DNA from: Pseudomonadota bacterium
Lineage (GTDB): Bacteria; Myxococcota_A; UBA9042; GCA-2863065
Assembly: GCA_947498315.1 (NCBI GenBank)
Contig: CANMLD010000001.1
Coordinates: 38,781-102,780, forward strand
Length of the DNA stretch: 64,000 bases
Reading direction: 5' to 3'
The number at the start of each line of letters is the position of its first letter. The first letter of the stretch is position 1. The notes below the pieces were generated by a model that was not told the origin of the DNA, searched no databases, and saw only the letters and a program-made list of their open reading frames with translations. Below, in pieces: positions 52,801 through 61,119 of the stretch. Made by a program: the position numbers and the translations under genes.

Positions 52801-53955
52801 GTCGTCATTCGTACGGCCACCGGCGTGAAGCTCCATGATCTCTCGCTGCAAGGAACGAACGCGACCGCCAACTCAGGGCGCTCGAGCTACGTCGTCCACG
52901 TCTCGAACGCCGCCGGCGTCGATATCGCGCGGTGCACGTTCGTCCAAGGCAACGGCGCCGCTGGCACCGCAGGTTTGTCCGGGACGAACTTCTCCAACCT
53001 GAACAACGCACCTACCGGTGGCACTGGCGGCGCCGCCAGTGAGTTCAGTGTGCCTTGCAACGACTCGAGCCGCGGTGCGGGTGGTTCCGGAGCGTCGAAC
53101 GCGTCCTGCTCTACGAACGGCTCGGGCGGTGGGGGTGGAGCCGGCGGCACGATGGACACCAAATGCATCTTCCCTCCCAGTTACTCCCACACGCCCGGCC
53201 TCACCGGCGCCACAGGCACCGGCGGCGCCACGGGAGGGGTCGGCGGTGTTGGTTGTGCCGTTGGCAACGGAGGCAACTCCGGCGCGGTCAGTAATGGCGT
53301 CGGAGGTACCGGCGGCGGCGCTACCGGCTCCGTATCGTCAGAGCTGTGGGTCTCGGCGGTGGGCAGCTCTGGAGCGGTCGGCTCGCACGGCAATCCAGGC
53401 GGAGGAGGCGGCGGGAGCGGCGGTTGTGACACCGGGATCGACTCTTATGGTGCGGGCGGCGGTGGCGGCGGGGCCGGTGGGTGCAGTGCGACCGGCGGCG
53501 GGGCCGGAGGCCAAGGCGGCGGGAGCAGCTTCGGCGTCTTCGTGGTGACGAATGCGACAGCGACGGTCACGAGCTCCACCTTCAACCGCGGCGCCGCGGG
53601 CACTGGCGGCGCCGGCGGCATTGCTGGTCGTGGCCAGCCCGGCGGCAGTGGTGGTGACGGCGGCGCGGGCACGGGCAGTGGCGACAGCAGGGCCGGCGGC
53701 GCTGGCGGCGCCGGAGGGCATGGCGGCCACTCCGGTGGTGGTGGTGGCGGTGGCGGCGGCTACAGCGCCGCGATCTTCTACTTTGGCGCTACGATGAACG
53801 CCAGTGGCAATACCGTCACGGGCGGCAGCGGTGGTTCGGGCGGCACCGGCGGCCCGAGGCCGACCGGGCAAGCCGACGGCAATGCAGGCAACGAGGGTGT
53901 TGGCGGTAGCGCGGTCAACACCAAGACCTGCGCCAATGGGGCAGCGGACTGCTAA
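46873..53955 (+). CDS. Giant Cys-rich lipoprotein (2360 aa): about 25 MopE-like metal-binding motifs, DUF1565/beta-helix-like domain, Gly-rich tail
   Basis: GGAGG RBS; lipobox FSLAC; alternating ExCNGKDDDCDG / ExxCDAKDNDCDG units; IFVSPTG.D...PCKT; PGRS-like Gly tail. Confidence 0.88.
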   Translation: MSTYHRRATATTPSSRLLVGALWAFSLACSSGSEPTSVGGVIVDTVAPVDTNGGGGGEVIGAPDTAAPDTSDATTSDAGEPCPGCAFSSCESNADCNDGYCIEGPSGLECGQPCVLDCPKGYKCRGVGGGSGDPVFLCVYDHLEYCLPCDTDSDCAHPLLPGSTTSCVSRGAALGGFCATACEGDEDCPTSSSCVLASEAGASNQGGSCQPTSGECGCSSYAQSVSASTGCTVTSELGACSGRRTCSEAGLSSCDARTPAAESCNGQDDDCDGETDEGVPTTGEPCDGDDPDLCASGTWQCSSAGLLCDDDAASATETCNGQDDDCDGKTDAADDELSPVPCELTVGACTGALAPVETCSGGGWQSCPDAVYLALGFGYEPGQEQTCDGKDNDCDGLFDEDVPLTGEACDGPDVDDCTDGAWACTKTGLLCDDGPESGAEKCDGQDNDCDGLTDADDPDLALVPCQNVIGACSGALRPPSACQDGEWTDCGDDVYAALASAYEPVAELSCDGQDNDCDGKTDDDFVLALPDGASVTGVGAACGAGLCAGGVTTCGTATSISCTTLGNLQPESCNGLDDDCDGAIDAADESLTSPLCERQAGLCTGTLKPRDLCVSGKFGACTDDIYLTQAPAYSAGAEQRCDGSDDDCDGQTDEDFVLKTLASGFVVGIGQTCGTGKCGGGVTVCSPEGNASACPTEANAVEEICNGKDDDCDGLVDALDPSMVLVVCELQAGSCAGSLKTAALCKDGAWTACTVGIYADHSEAWESGQEVSCDGVDNDCDGNIDEDFQVILLSGQIVEGAGQPCGAGACTDGVTVCDTAGLGLTCSSETSAIPETCNGQDDDCDGSTDAVDAQLQLTLCEDQDGFCAGARHLSADCVAGEFAACSSAIYAAHSPLFQLGAETTCDGKDNDCDSQTDEDFSLTLPNGATVTGVGAACGVGICAGGVTQCGGGGLVCSTGGQAATEVCNGKDDDCDGLTDAADPSLVTTACEKQIGVCAGAERPAARCVGGVELACTAGDYLAHAATYQDGVETGCDAKDNDCDGSADEDFSVALPNGVTVTGAGKVCGTGVCSGGITVCAGSTIVCSTSASASAETCNGKDDDCDGETDATDSSMQLVSCEKQAGVCAGIQKPASLCSGGLWSPCSTSTYKLANAAYQAPIETGCDGLDNDCDGPADEDFTFVGLDGNLATGVNADCGTGRCSGGKTTCAPDQLGLKCSTNVAATAEICNDQDDDCDGKTDAADPSMATVACELQTGVCGALQKPKNLCVLGTWQACDASEYGAGWQAVGEIACDSKDNDCDGQTDEDFSVTTADGANVTGTAKACGTGVCAGGTTLCNSGGNGIVCSSAGSAVTEVCDAKDNDCDGKTDTADSSIVVPLCEKQSGLCAGAKKPLTLCQSGSWAACATAVYKAWASAYSATTEVACDGADEDCSGTADEDFTYAQPSGTVNGVGASCGAGQCAGGVTICNLAKTGLVCTTDAGAGSEICDSQDNDCDGQVDAADSSLALIACPLTQGVCTGSMRTAALCQSGGWQSCTGAQYGASYQSGTEASCDAKDNDCDGLTDDDFTAALLNGTTVKGAGKSCGVGICSGGVTVCNGASGIKCSSEANATAETCDGFDNDCDGLTDADDPSLVLVACEKTLSLCAGATKSAALCTGGTWKPCPAAAYPVGYQAGAEISCDAKDNDCDGQTDEDFSYVGPNSATVNGAGKACGVGVCAGGTTACNNTQTGIVCSTSANAVAEICDAKDNDCDGATDALDASLTLISCDKTAGVCSGTTRPAARCVTGAWTNCQAADYPSPFEATESLCDQKDNDCNGQTDVFVNRPLNSEQRGACAGTQKACTINGFADEYGSVALYGQYEEPSAAFADENCDGIDGTVMAAIFVSPTGVDGATCGAQKSPCKTLPGALTVSGTSGKKDIYLASGSYAGPLIPTTGTRFYGGYGANWVRSGSVGNASSITGGVLTSVFPGDAMTVVIRTATGVKLHDLSLQGTNATANSGRSSYVVHVSNAAGVDIARCTFVQGNGAAGTAGLSGTNFSNLNNAPTGGTGGAASEFSVPCNDSSRGAGGSGASNASCSTNGSGGGGGAGGTMDTKCIFPPSYSHTPGLTGATGTGGATGGVGGVGCAVGNGGNSGAVSNGVGGTGGGATGSVSSELWVSAVGSSGAVGSHGNPGGGGGGSGGCDTGIDSYGAGGGGGGAGGCSATGGGAGGQGGGSSFGVFVVTNATATVTSSTFNRGAAGTGGAGGIAGRGQPGGSGGDGGAGTGSGDSRAGGAGGAGGHGGHSGGGGGGGGGYSAAIFYFGATMNASGNTVTGGSGGSGGTGGPRPTGQADGNAGNEGVGGSAVNTKTCANGAADC
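47650..52340 (+). repeat. About 12 diverged tandem repeats of ~120-130 aa
   Basis: Recurring GAC(A/G)ACGACTGCGACGG cores, two per repeat unit. Confidence 0.8.
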
Positions 53956-53964
53956 TGCGCCCGG

Positions 53965-54900
53965 CTACTGGCGTTCGTCGTCCCCCCGGGGCAACCAGAC
54001 GCGGACCGTGGTCCCGAGCCCTTCACCCTCCGAATCGACGACGAGCCGTCCACCGAGCGACTGCGCCAGCGCCTTGACGACGAAGAGTCCGATCCCGGTG
54101 CCGGGCCTCGAACGCACTGCTTCACTCGGCACACGGAAGAAGCGCTCGGACACGCGACCGAGGTGAGAGCGGGGGATCCCGATGCCCTGATCGCGCACGG
54201 TGATGGCGACCTGGGCACCGTAGGCCTCGGCATTGACGACCACATGAACGGACTCGGGCTTCGAATACTTCACCGCGTTGTCGATGAGGTTTCGGAGGAT
54301 GGTCGAGAGCGCCGTGGGATCCGTGTGCGCTTGAAGCGACCCCGGAATGGTCAGCGTTACGCTTCCATCCGGGACCGTGCGCCGCTTGCCCACTGCCGCG
54401 ACACACTCCACTGCGACCACCGCGACTGGAACGTCCTGAATCAGATGGCTTTTTCGCCCATGGAGGATGCGGCTTGCTTCGAGTACGTCGTCGATGAACA
54501 CCGAGAGCCGGTCTACGTCTCCGAGCATCATGAGCCGCAGTTGCTCGCGCTGCTCAGGCTTCAGCTGTGGCCTTTCGATCGTCTCGAGCGCGAGCCGTAT
54601 CGACGCCAGCGGGCTCTTCAGCTCGTGCGTGACCGAATCGATGAAGCTGTCTTGCCGGCTCACCTCGCGCATCTGACGGACGACGAGCCACGACAGCGCC
54701 GCGAGCGAGCCGATGACGACGACATAGCTGACGATGCCGAGGACGAGGAGCGAGGTGGACTGAAGTGGCTCGTTGCTTGCGAGGATGAGTGTCCAGCCGA
54801 CGAGTAGGGCGATGGTGAGCCCACCGGCAGTGACGCCTAGCCCGATCGGCAGCGTGACCGACGCGAAACGGCGGTGGCTGTTGGAATGACGACCGACCAC
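53965..54900 (-). CDS. Sensor histidine kinase (2 TMs, very short external loop)
   Basis: H-box FIDSVTHELKSPL; NLIDNAVKY; DQGIGI; GTGIGL; GLGTT. Confidence 0.93.
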   Translation of the reverse strand: MVGRHSNSHRRFASVTLPIGLGVTAGGLTIALLVGWTLILASNEPLQSTSLLVLGIVSYVVVIGSLAALSWLVVRQMREVSRQDSFIDSVTHELKSPLASIRLALETIERPQLKPEQREQLRLMMLGDVDRLSVFIDDVLEASRILHGRKSHLIQDVPVAVVAVECVAAVGKRRTVPDGSVTLTIPGSLQAHTDPTALSTILRNLIDNAVKYSKPESVHVVVNAEAYGAQVAITVRDQGIGIPRSHLGRVSERFFRVPSEAVRSRPGTGIGLFVVKALAQSLGGRLVVDSEGEGLGTTVRVWLPRGDDERQ

Positions 54901-54911
54901 GTGACGTCGGC

Positions 54912-57845
54912 TTACCAGAAGAACGTGACGTCGGCGAACAAGGTGCGACCCGGCTGACGCACGGTCAGATCCACGATCTCGTCACCGACAGGGTGGCCAT
55001 AGTCCCAGTCGAGCAGGTTTCGCACGCCGACGGCGTACTCGAGGTGCGCGGCCGTGATGGCGCCGGAGAGCACCACATCCCAGAGGACCGGGACCGGACT
55101 GTCTTCGCCGTCCCGGGTGCGGCGGTCGAGCTCGATCTGTAGCCGCGAAGCGAGAAGCAGCGACGGGCGCGCAATGGGCGCGATCACCTTGAAGCCGATG
55201 AGGTGTTCGGGCGAGTTGGGGAGCGCGTCGCCGTCCGCGAGGTCGCCGAGACGCGTGCGTTGAAACGAGTACTGGGCGCTGACCATCCAGCCCCGGGCGA
55301 GCTCGCGCTGTAGCTCGAGCTCCGCGCCGACCGTCCACACCGTCTCTCGAGTATTGCGGTAGATGTCGACCTCGTCGGTCACGTCAGTCGGCTCGATCTG
55401 AATCAAGTCATCGATATGATTCATGAAGACCGAGGCGGTCAACCGAAGCTCCCACGGGAACTCGTGGCTGTACTCGACCTCACCGGTCCAGATGGTCTCC
55501 GGAACCAAATCTGGGCTCGCGACCTGCTCTACGCCCCCGTCTGAATAGGTCAGCTCGTAGATCGACGGCGCACGGAAGGCCTTGCCGCCGAGGAGCTTCA
55601 ACGTGCTGCCGTCGGTCGGGTGAAAGAGCAGGGCGAAGCGAGGGTTGATGCTGTAGAGAAAGCGGTCTTCGGGGGCTTCACCCGTCCGCTTCAAGTCGTC
55701 GATGAGCCAGCCGTCTAAGCGGCCGCCGATCGAGATCCCCATGAACTCCCATGGGGCCCAGTCGACGAGCGCGTAGGCCGAAAACGCGCTGAACGGGTGC
55801 TCCTCGTCCATATAGATTTCAGTGTCGTCGGTGCCCTTCGCTGTGTTCTCAAAATGGTATTGATATTCGAGGCCGGCCGTGATCCGGAGCCCGCCGTCGT
55901 CGCTCTCTGTCGCGAGAGGCCGAAACACGCCGCGCGTCTCGAGGCCCATCCAGTTGCCTATGAAGGTCTCGACCTTCAGCCCCCCGTCTCCGGCCCCATA
56001 GGGCAGGCGGCCCTCGTAGCCCGAGTGGTCGTAGTAGATGCGTGAGAAGAGCTGTGCGCCGGGGCCAAAGGTGGGTTCGTAGCGCGCTTCCACGAAGGCG
56101 CGGCGATCGTCGAGGGTGAAGCGGGGGTCGCCGAAGAGGGTGTCGAAGGACCCGGTCGCGACGCCTTTGCTCCGCTCATTGAAGTAGAACTGCATCGTCA
56201 AATCACGCCAAAAAACGCGACCTTGGGCGGTCCCGCTCGCGAACTCGCCGACGCCCTCGGCCGTGCCGTCGTCACCCAGCGCCGGGGAGACGTAGGTGCC
56301 CGGTTGGCCGTAGATGCCACCACCCGAGACCCAGAAGCCGCCACCCTCGAAGCCCATACCGCCGGAGGCTTTGGCGCGGATGGTACCGTCCGTGACCGCC
56401 GTGAGCCCCGCGGTGACGGGGTGGCGAGGCGCGTCGTCGTGGGTCACGACGTTCACGACGCCAAAGAAGGCGCCGGTGCCGTAGAGGACCGAGCCTGGAC
56501 CGCGCACGAGCTCGAGGCGCTCGACCCGGTCGAGATCGTTCATCAAGTCGAAGGTGACGAACGACGAGCCGATCCAGTCGTCGTTGACGGTGTGACCGTC
56601 GATCTGGACGAGGAGCCGGTTGCCATACTGCACGAAGGGAGCGAACCCGCGGATGCCGAGTATTGGGTACGAGCCGTCATCAGAGAAAAACACGCCGCGT
56701 TCGGCGCCGAGCGCTTCCGCGACCGTCATGGCTCCAAACGCGGCGATCTCGCGGGAGGGAACGAGCGAGACCGAGGCAGGCGCGTCGCTCGCCGACTCCG
56801 CGGTCTTCGACGCAGCTGCGACCTCGTCCGACGCGTCGAGCTCGGCTACGGCGATGGTGCGATCATCCGGCGCGACGTCGATGCGCCGAGTCCAAGTTCG
56901 GAAGCCGTCGAGCACAACTGAGACCTCGTGCGGCCCTGCAGGGACACTATCGATGACCGCTGGCGTGAAGCCGGCCGCGCGCCCGTCGACGAGGATGAGG
57001 GCGTCGCGTTCGTCGGCCTGCACGACCAGCGTGCCGGTCTGACGCTGTAGGTCCGCCAGCAGCGGCGTGGTCTTGCGCGCCGTGATCTCGACGTCGGCTT
57101 GCCAGGGGAGGTAGCCGGTCTGCCTTACGGTGACACGGTAGCGGCCAGGCGGCGCGTCGATGGCGCCGGGGAGGGTTCCGATGACGCGGCTCAGACCCTC
57201 CATGACGACCTCGGCCCCGGCGGGGGAGCCGGACGCCTCGAGGCGGCCCAGGATCTTCGGCAATGACACCTTGACCGTCTCGGTGCGACCGACGCGCAGC
57301 GACACCCCCTTAACCGTGGCGCTCTCGTGACCGGCGAGCTCGAAGATGAGGTCGTGGCTGCCCGGCTTCACCGCGAGGAGTCGCGGCGTGGTGCCGTAGC
57401 CGCCAAGGTCCTTCCGGTCGATGTAGAGGGTGGCGCCCGGGGGATCGGATTGAACCGAGAGCAGAGCGACGGAGCCGAGTACGCGCTTCATCGCGTCGTC
57501 GACGGCGCTGCGCTCCTTGGACGTCAGCGTCTCGGACGCGAAGTCCTGGTAGTAGCGAAACGACTCTGGGAACTGCCCAAGCTGCTCGTAGGCGCGTGCG
57601 ATGTTGAACGTGACGTTCCGGTTTGGGGCGAGCCGGTTCGACGCGAAGTAGTGCGCGAGCGCCGTGCGAAAATCGCGCTTGATGTAGGCGTCGTTGCCGA
57701 GGGTGAACTGCACTTCGGCTTCGTCGGCTGCGTTCTTGTACTCCTGGGCGTGGGCGGGTCGCAGCGTCAGGGCCGCACCGGCGCAGAGTGCCAAGATGAC
57801 GAGAAGAGCGAGCGATCCGCGTGGCGCGGAGTGAGGTTGCGTCAT
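54912..57845 (-). CDS. TonB-dependent receptor fused to N-terminal TPR and three PEGA domains
   Basis: Signal peptide; TPR (ALAHYFASN...FNIARAYEQLG); PEGA (SDPPGATLYID, GSPAGAEV, ILVDGRAAGFTP); plug (APASVS, IRGF, IDG, ELVRGPGSVLYG); barrel end GRTLFADVTFFW. Confidence 0.9.
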   Translation of the reverse strand: MTQPHSAPRGSLALLVILALCAGAALTLRPAHAQEYKNAADEAEVQFTLGNDAYIKRDFRTALAHYFASNRLAPNRNVTFNIARAYEQLGQFPESFRYYQDFASETLTSKERSAVDDAMKRVLGSVALLSVQSDPPGATLYIDRKDLGGYGTTPRLLAVKPGSHDLIFELAGHESATVKGVSLRVGRTETVKVSLPKILGRLEASGSPAGAEVVMEGLSRVIGTLPGAIDAPPGRYRVTVRQTGYLPWQADVEITARKTTPLLADLQRQTGTLVVQADERDALILVDGRAAGFTPAVIDSVPAGPHEVSVVLDGFRTWTRRIDVAPDDRTIAVAELDASDEVAAASKTAESASDAPASVSLVPSREIAAFGAMTVAEALGAERGVFFSDDGSYPILGIRGFAPFVQYGNRLLVQIDGHTVNDDWIGSSFVTFDLMNDLDRVERLELVRGPGSVLYGTGAFFGVVNVVTHDDAPRHPVTAGLTAVTDGTIRAKASGGMGFEGGGFWVSGGGIYGQPGTYVSPALGDDGTAEGVGEFASGTAQGRVFWRDLTMQFYFNERSKGVATGSFDTLFGDPRFTLDDRRAFVEARYEPTFGPGAQLFSRIYYDHSGYEGRLPYGAGDGGLKVETFIGNWMGLETRGVFRPLATESDDGGLRITAGLEYQYHFENTAKGTDDTEIYMDEEHPFSAFSAYALVDWAPWEFMGISIGGRLDGWLIDDLKRTGEAPEDRFLYSINPRFALLFHPTDGSTLKLLGGKAFRAPSIYELTYSDGGVEQVASPDLVPETIWTGEVEYSHEFPWELRLTASVFMNHIDDLIQIEPTDVTDEVDIYRNTRETVWTVGAELELQRELARGWMVSAQYSFQRTRLGDLADGDALPNSPEHLIGFKVIAPIARPSLLLASRLQIELDRRTRDGEDSPVPVLWDVVLSGAITAAHLEYAVGVRNLLDWDYGHPVGDEIVDLTVRQPGRTLFADVTFFW

Positions 57846-59719
57846 CGTTCCATCTTGATGTCCGAGGGAGGCGCTTTGCCGGGAGGCTTGTTGCCCGGCG
57901 GGCGAGCCACTCTCTTCACCGCGAGCGTCGAGGTCAGGTTCTGCCGGCTCTCGGGGCCGGCGATCGGCTTCACGATTGCGGGTTCGTGCCCGCGAAGTTG
58001 AAGCGTTGCGCTGAAGGTCGCGAGGTCGGTGCGAGGGAGCGAGTGGTCGAACGGCGTCGTACCGACGACCGCCCCGGCGATGAGCACGTCGGCCCCTGGC
58101 GGCTTTGACTCAATGTGGAGAGCGACCCACTTGGAAGGAACGAAGTCGAGTGACAGCGTGAAGCCGGGACGCGCCTCTTCGCTCTCGACGTCGCGAGAGA
58201 TGCTGGTAGGGGGCGGTGCGACTGCCCCGGCAATGTTCGAGTTGGCGCTCTCCGGTACTTCGACCGCTTCGACTGCTGGGGGCGCCGGCAGCGCCGCCGC
58301 GACCTCAGGTGCCTTGGCCGCCTCGGCGACACCCGTCGTCGGTGGCGCGCCCGTCGCGGCATGGACAGGCGCTGTGGGCGCTGTAGGCGCTGTGGGAGGC
58401 AACACGTCCGGAGAGCGGTTCAAGATGATGAGCGCCGCGAGCCCGCCGGCCGCGAGCCCGGCGCCGATGCCCACGAACCACCACTTTCGAGTCGACTCGG
58501 GCTCGTCTTGCGGCGGCCGTACTGACAGGGCCCGAGCTGACGCTGGCGCACGGCCCAGACGCGACGGCGTCACTGCGTCGTCGGGTGTCGCTGGCACTGG
58601 GACGTTCGCCGTCGGTCCGCTACGGCTCAACCCTGCGCGCTCCATCGAGCTGGCCGACTGCGAGCTGGCCGACTGCGAGCTGGCCGACTGAGGCCGCGGG
58701 TCGTGCAGGCTGATGATCTCTGACTGGGGCCCACCCGAAATCGGCGCCTGCTTGCTGCGAGATTCGTCATAAGGGACGGCGGCTTGCAGCGCTTCGAGGG
58801 CCTCGAGGACGTCGTGCATCGACCGTGGGCGATCAGCGGCTCGTTTGGCCAGGCATTGCAAGACGAGCGCTTCGAGCTCGTCCGGGATCTCGAGACCAGG
58901 CCGGGCCACCGCGAAGGGCATCGGCGGATCGGTGAGAACGGCACGAAGGACCGACGACAACTCAGCGCGCTCGTTGCCGGGCCGGAACGGCGCATGGCCG
59001 ATGAGCATCTCGTAAAGGGTGCTGCCGAACGAGTAGATGTCGCTGCGCTGGTCGACGGGCTCCCCGACGGCTTGCTCCGGCGACATGTAGTGCGGCGAGC
59101 CGAGCAGCGAGCGTTCCCGAGTGACGTCGTCGTCGCTGGCCATGAGCGACTTCACCAGCCCGAAGTCGAGCACCTTCACGAAGTCACGACTGCGACTGCG
59201 TTGTACGAGCATCACATTGGGCGGCTTCAGGTCGCGGTGGACCACGCCATGGTCGTGAGCTTCCGCGAGCGAGCCGGCGATCTGCGTCGCAATGCGGAGC
59301 GCACGCCCGACAGAGAACGGCGCCTCCTTGTTCAGGACCTGCCGTAGCGTCGCCCCGTCGACGAACTCCATTACGAGGTAGAGCCCGCCCGCGGTGCCCC
59401 CCATGCCGGCCGCTCGTGGCAACGCGCCGTAATCATGAACGATGACCGTGTTCTGATGGTGGAGCTGGCTGGTTACTGTCGCTTCGCGGAGGAAGCGCTT
59501 GACCTGCATCTCCGGGTCCCATGAGTCGACTTCGATAGGACCGAGCACTTTCACGGCGACGAAGCGTCCGAGAGGCTCTTGAACGCCCTTGTACACGCGC
59601 CCGCCGCCTCCGCGACCGATGAGCGCCGAGATGCGATACTTGCCACCGATCAGCGTGCCGACGAGAGGATCGGTCGCCGGCTCGCGTGGCGTATTTCGAC
59701 TGGCGGGCGATTCGGTCAT
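57842..59719 (-). CDS. Membrane Ser/Thr (Hanks) protein kinase with a periplasmic PEGA domain
   Basis: GRGGGGRVY, VAVK, HRDLKPPN, DFG, YMSPEQ; TM WWFVGIGAGLAAGGLAALIIL; ESKPPGADV...GTTP. Confidence 0.93.
   Translation of the reverse strand: MTESPASRNTPREPATDPLVGTLIGGKYRISALIGRGGGGRVYKGVQEPLGRFVAVKVLGPIEVDSWDPEMQVKRFLREATVTSQLHHQNTVIVHDYGALPRAAGMGGTAGGLYLVMEFVDGATLRQVLNKEAPFSVGRALRIATQIAGSLAEAHDHGVVHRDLKPPNVMLVQRSRSRDFVKVLDFGLVKSLMASDDDVTRERSLLGSPHYMSPEQAVGEPVDQRSDIYSFGSTLYEMLIGHAPFRPGNERAELSSVLRAVLTDPPMPFAVARPGLEIPDELEALVLQCLAKRAADRPRSMHDVLEALEALQAAVPYDESRSKQAPISGGPQSEIISLHDPRPQSASSQSASSQSASSMERAGLSRSGPTANVPVPATPDDAVTPSRLGRAPASARALSVRPPQDEPESTRKWWFVGIGAGLAAGGLAALIILNRSPDVLPPTAPTAPTAPVHAATGAPPTTGVAEAAKAPEVAAALPAPPAVEAVEVPESANSNIAGAVAPPPTSISRDVESEEARPGFTLSLDFVPSKWVALHIESKPPGADVLIAGAVVGTTPFDHSLPRTDLATFSATLQLRGHEPAIVKPIAGPESRQNLTSTLAVKRVARPPGNKPPGKAPPSDIKMER
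58646..58690 (-). repeat. 15-bp perfect tandem repeat x3 (QSASS) in the kinase linker
   Basis: CGAGCTGGCCGACTG x3 on the + strand. Confidence 0.9.
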
Positions 59720-59969
59720 CAGTTGCTGTGGAAAGTACCGGTGAGATGGTGCGTTGCGCAAGGTCGCGACGAGATCTATCGAAGGTCGCGAGGGGGCGGC
59801 GGTCACCGTTCTCCATGTGAGATGGCCGTTTGACACTCGCGCGGGCGACTGCCACGCTCCCGCCGCCGATCCCCACATCCGCTTTCGCGCGCCCGACCCG
59901 GGCGGCGGGCAGGGTCGGGTGCTCCAAATCGACTCCAGCCGACTTCGTCCCAGCGCTGGTTAGGACCTC

Positions 59970-60554
59970 ATGCCCGAACTCCGCGATATCCGGTCCTCCT
60001 TGAGCGTCGGCCAAAAGGTCCGGCTCCTCGAGGTCGCGCGTGAGGCGCTGAATGCGCATGTGCGTCGCGGGGTACGCCTTCAGATCACGGAGTCCGACGT
60101 CCGCCTGAAAGAGCGCCAAGGGGTCTTCGCGACCCTCCTCCTCGGCGATCGGGTCCGTGGGTGCATCGGCGTCCCGGACCCCCGGGATTCGCTCATCAAG
60201 TCGGTCATCGAGGTGGTCTCCATGGCGGCCACTGACGACCCTCGCGAAGCGCCGCTGCGCCTCGACGAAGTCGGTCGCGTCGACATCGAACTAAGCGTCC
60301 TCGGACCCATGCAGGTCGCGCGCCCGGACGACGTCGAGATCGGTCGTCACGGCCTCTTCATTCAACGCGACGGCGCTGCCGGCGTCTTGCTCCCCCAAGT
60401 CGCCGCTCAGGCTGGCTGGACTCGGACCGAGTTCCTCGACCACGTGTGCGTGCGTGCGGGTCTTGCGCCCACCGCCTGGCGGCAGACTGGCGCTCGTATC
60501 GAGATATTCACAGCAGACGTTTTCTCGGAGACCAGCTTACGTCGCCCCGACTGA
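59970..60554 (+). CDS. AMMECR1-domain protein (AmmeMemoRadiSam protein A)
   Basis: GVFATL...RGCIG, DPR, IELSVL, GRHGL, LLPQVA. Confidence 0.92.
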   Translation: MPELRDIRSSLSVGQKVRLLEVAREALNAHVRRGVRLQITESDVRLKERQGVFATLLLGDRVRGCIGVPDPRDSLIKSVIEVVSMAATDDPREAPLRLDEVGRVDIELSVLGPMQVARPDDVEIGRHGLFIQRDGAAGVLLPQVAAQAGWTRTEFLDHVCVRAGLAPTAWRQTGARIEIFTADVFSETSLRRPD

Positions 60555-61117
60555 CCCGCGCTCTTAAAGTCCTGTCGCTCTCGCTCACCGTGGTGTTCTG
60601 CGCCACTGCCTGTGACGACGACAGCTTCCTCGGCGGGAAGTGGGTCCCCTCCTCCGTGACGGCAGGCGACAACGTTGGTGCTCGCGCGCTTGGCGCCTTC
60701 CTGAAACGCTGCCCCACAGCGGACGGCAATGAGGCTTGCGAGCTCTTCATGGATTTCAGCTTGGGGCACTACGGCGTCGACGCCGTGGGTGTCGTTCGGT
60801 TCTATGAGAACGAGAGCCGCCAACGAGAGGTCATCTGTTCGCCTGAGGACGGGCTGTTTTGCAGCTGTATGTCGATACGCGGCCAGTACAACGAGCCGAA
60901 CTTCGACTTCCAACTCACCGACTGCCAGGGGAGAGAGCGCAACGCCCAGATGATTCGGAAGTCATCAGACGAGGTCGAGCTCGTCATCCACGATGCGTCT
61001 GTTACCGACTGCCCGGGCAAGCCGTCTTGCACCTCTATCCGCCTCCCGCTCGAGAAGACCCTCAGTGAGGACCAGTTGACCCCACGCGACATCGCCTGCA
61101 CGGCGTGTCAGCCCTGA
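60551..61117 (+). CDS. Cys-containing lipoprotein, hypothetical; start uncertain
   Basis: Lipobox VVFCATAC-DD; adjacent to the AMMECR1 stop. Confidence 0.65.
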   Translation: MTRALKVLSLSLTVVFCATACDDDSFLGGKWVPSSVTAGDNVGARALGAFLKRCPTADGNEACELFMDFSLGHYGVDAVGVVRFYENESRQREVICSPEDGLFCSCMSIRGQYNEPNFDFQLTDCQGRERNAQMIRKSSDEVELVIHDASVTDCPGKPSCTSIRLPLEKTLSEDQLTPRDIACTACQP

Positions 61118-61119
61118 CG

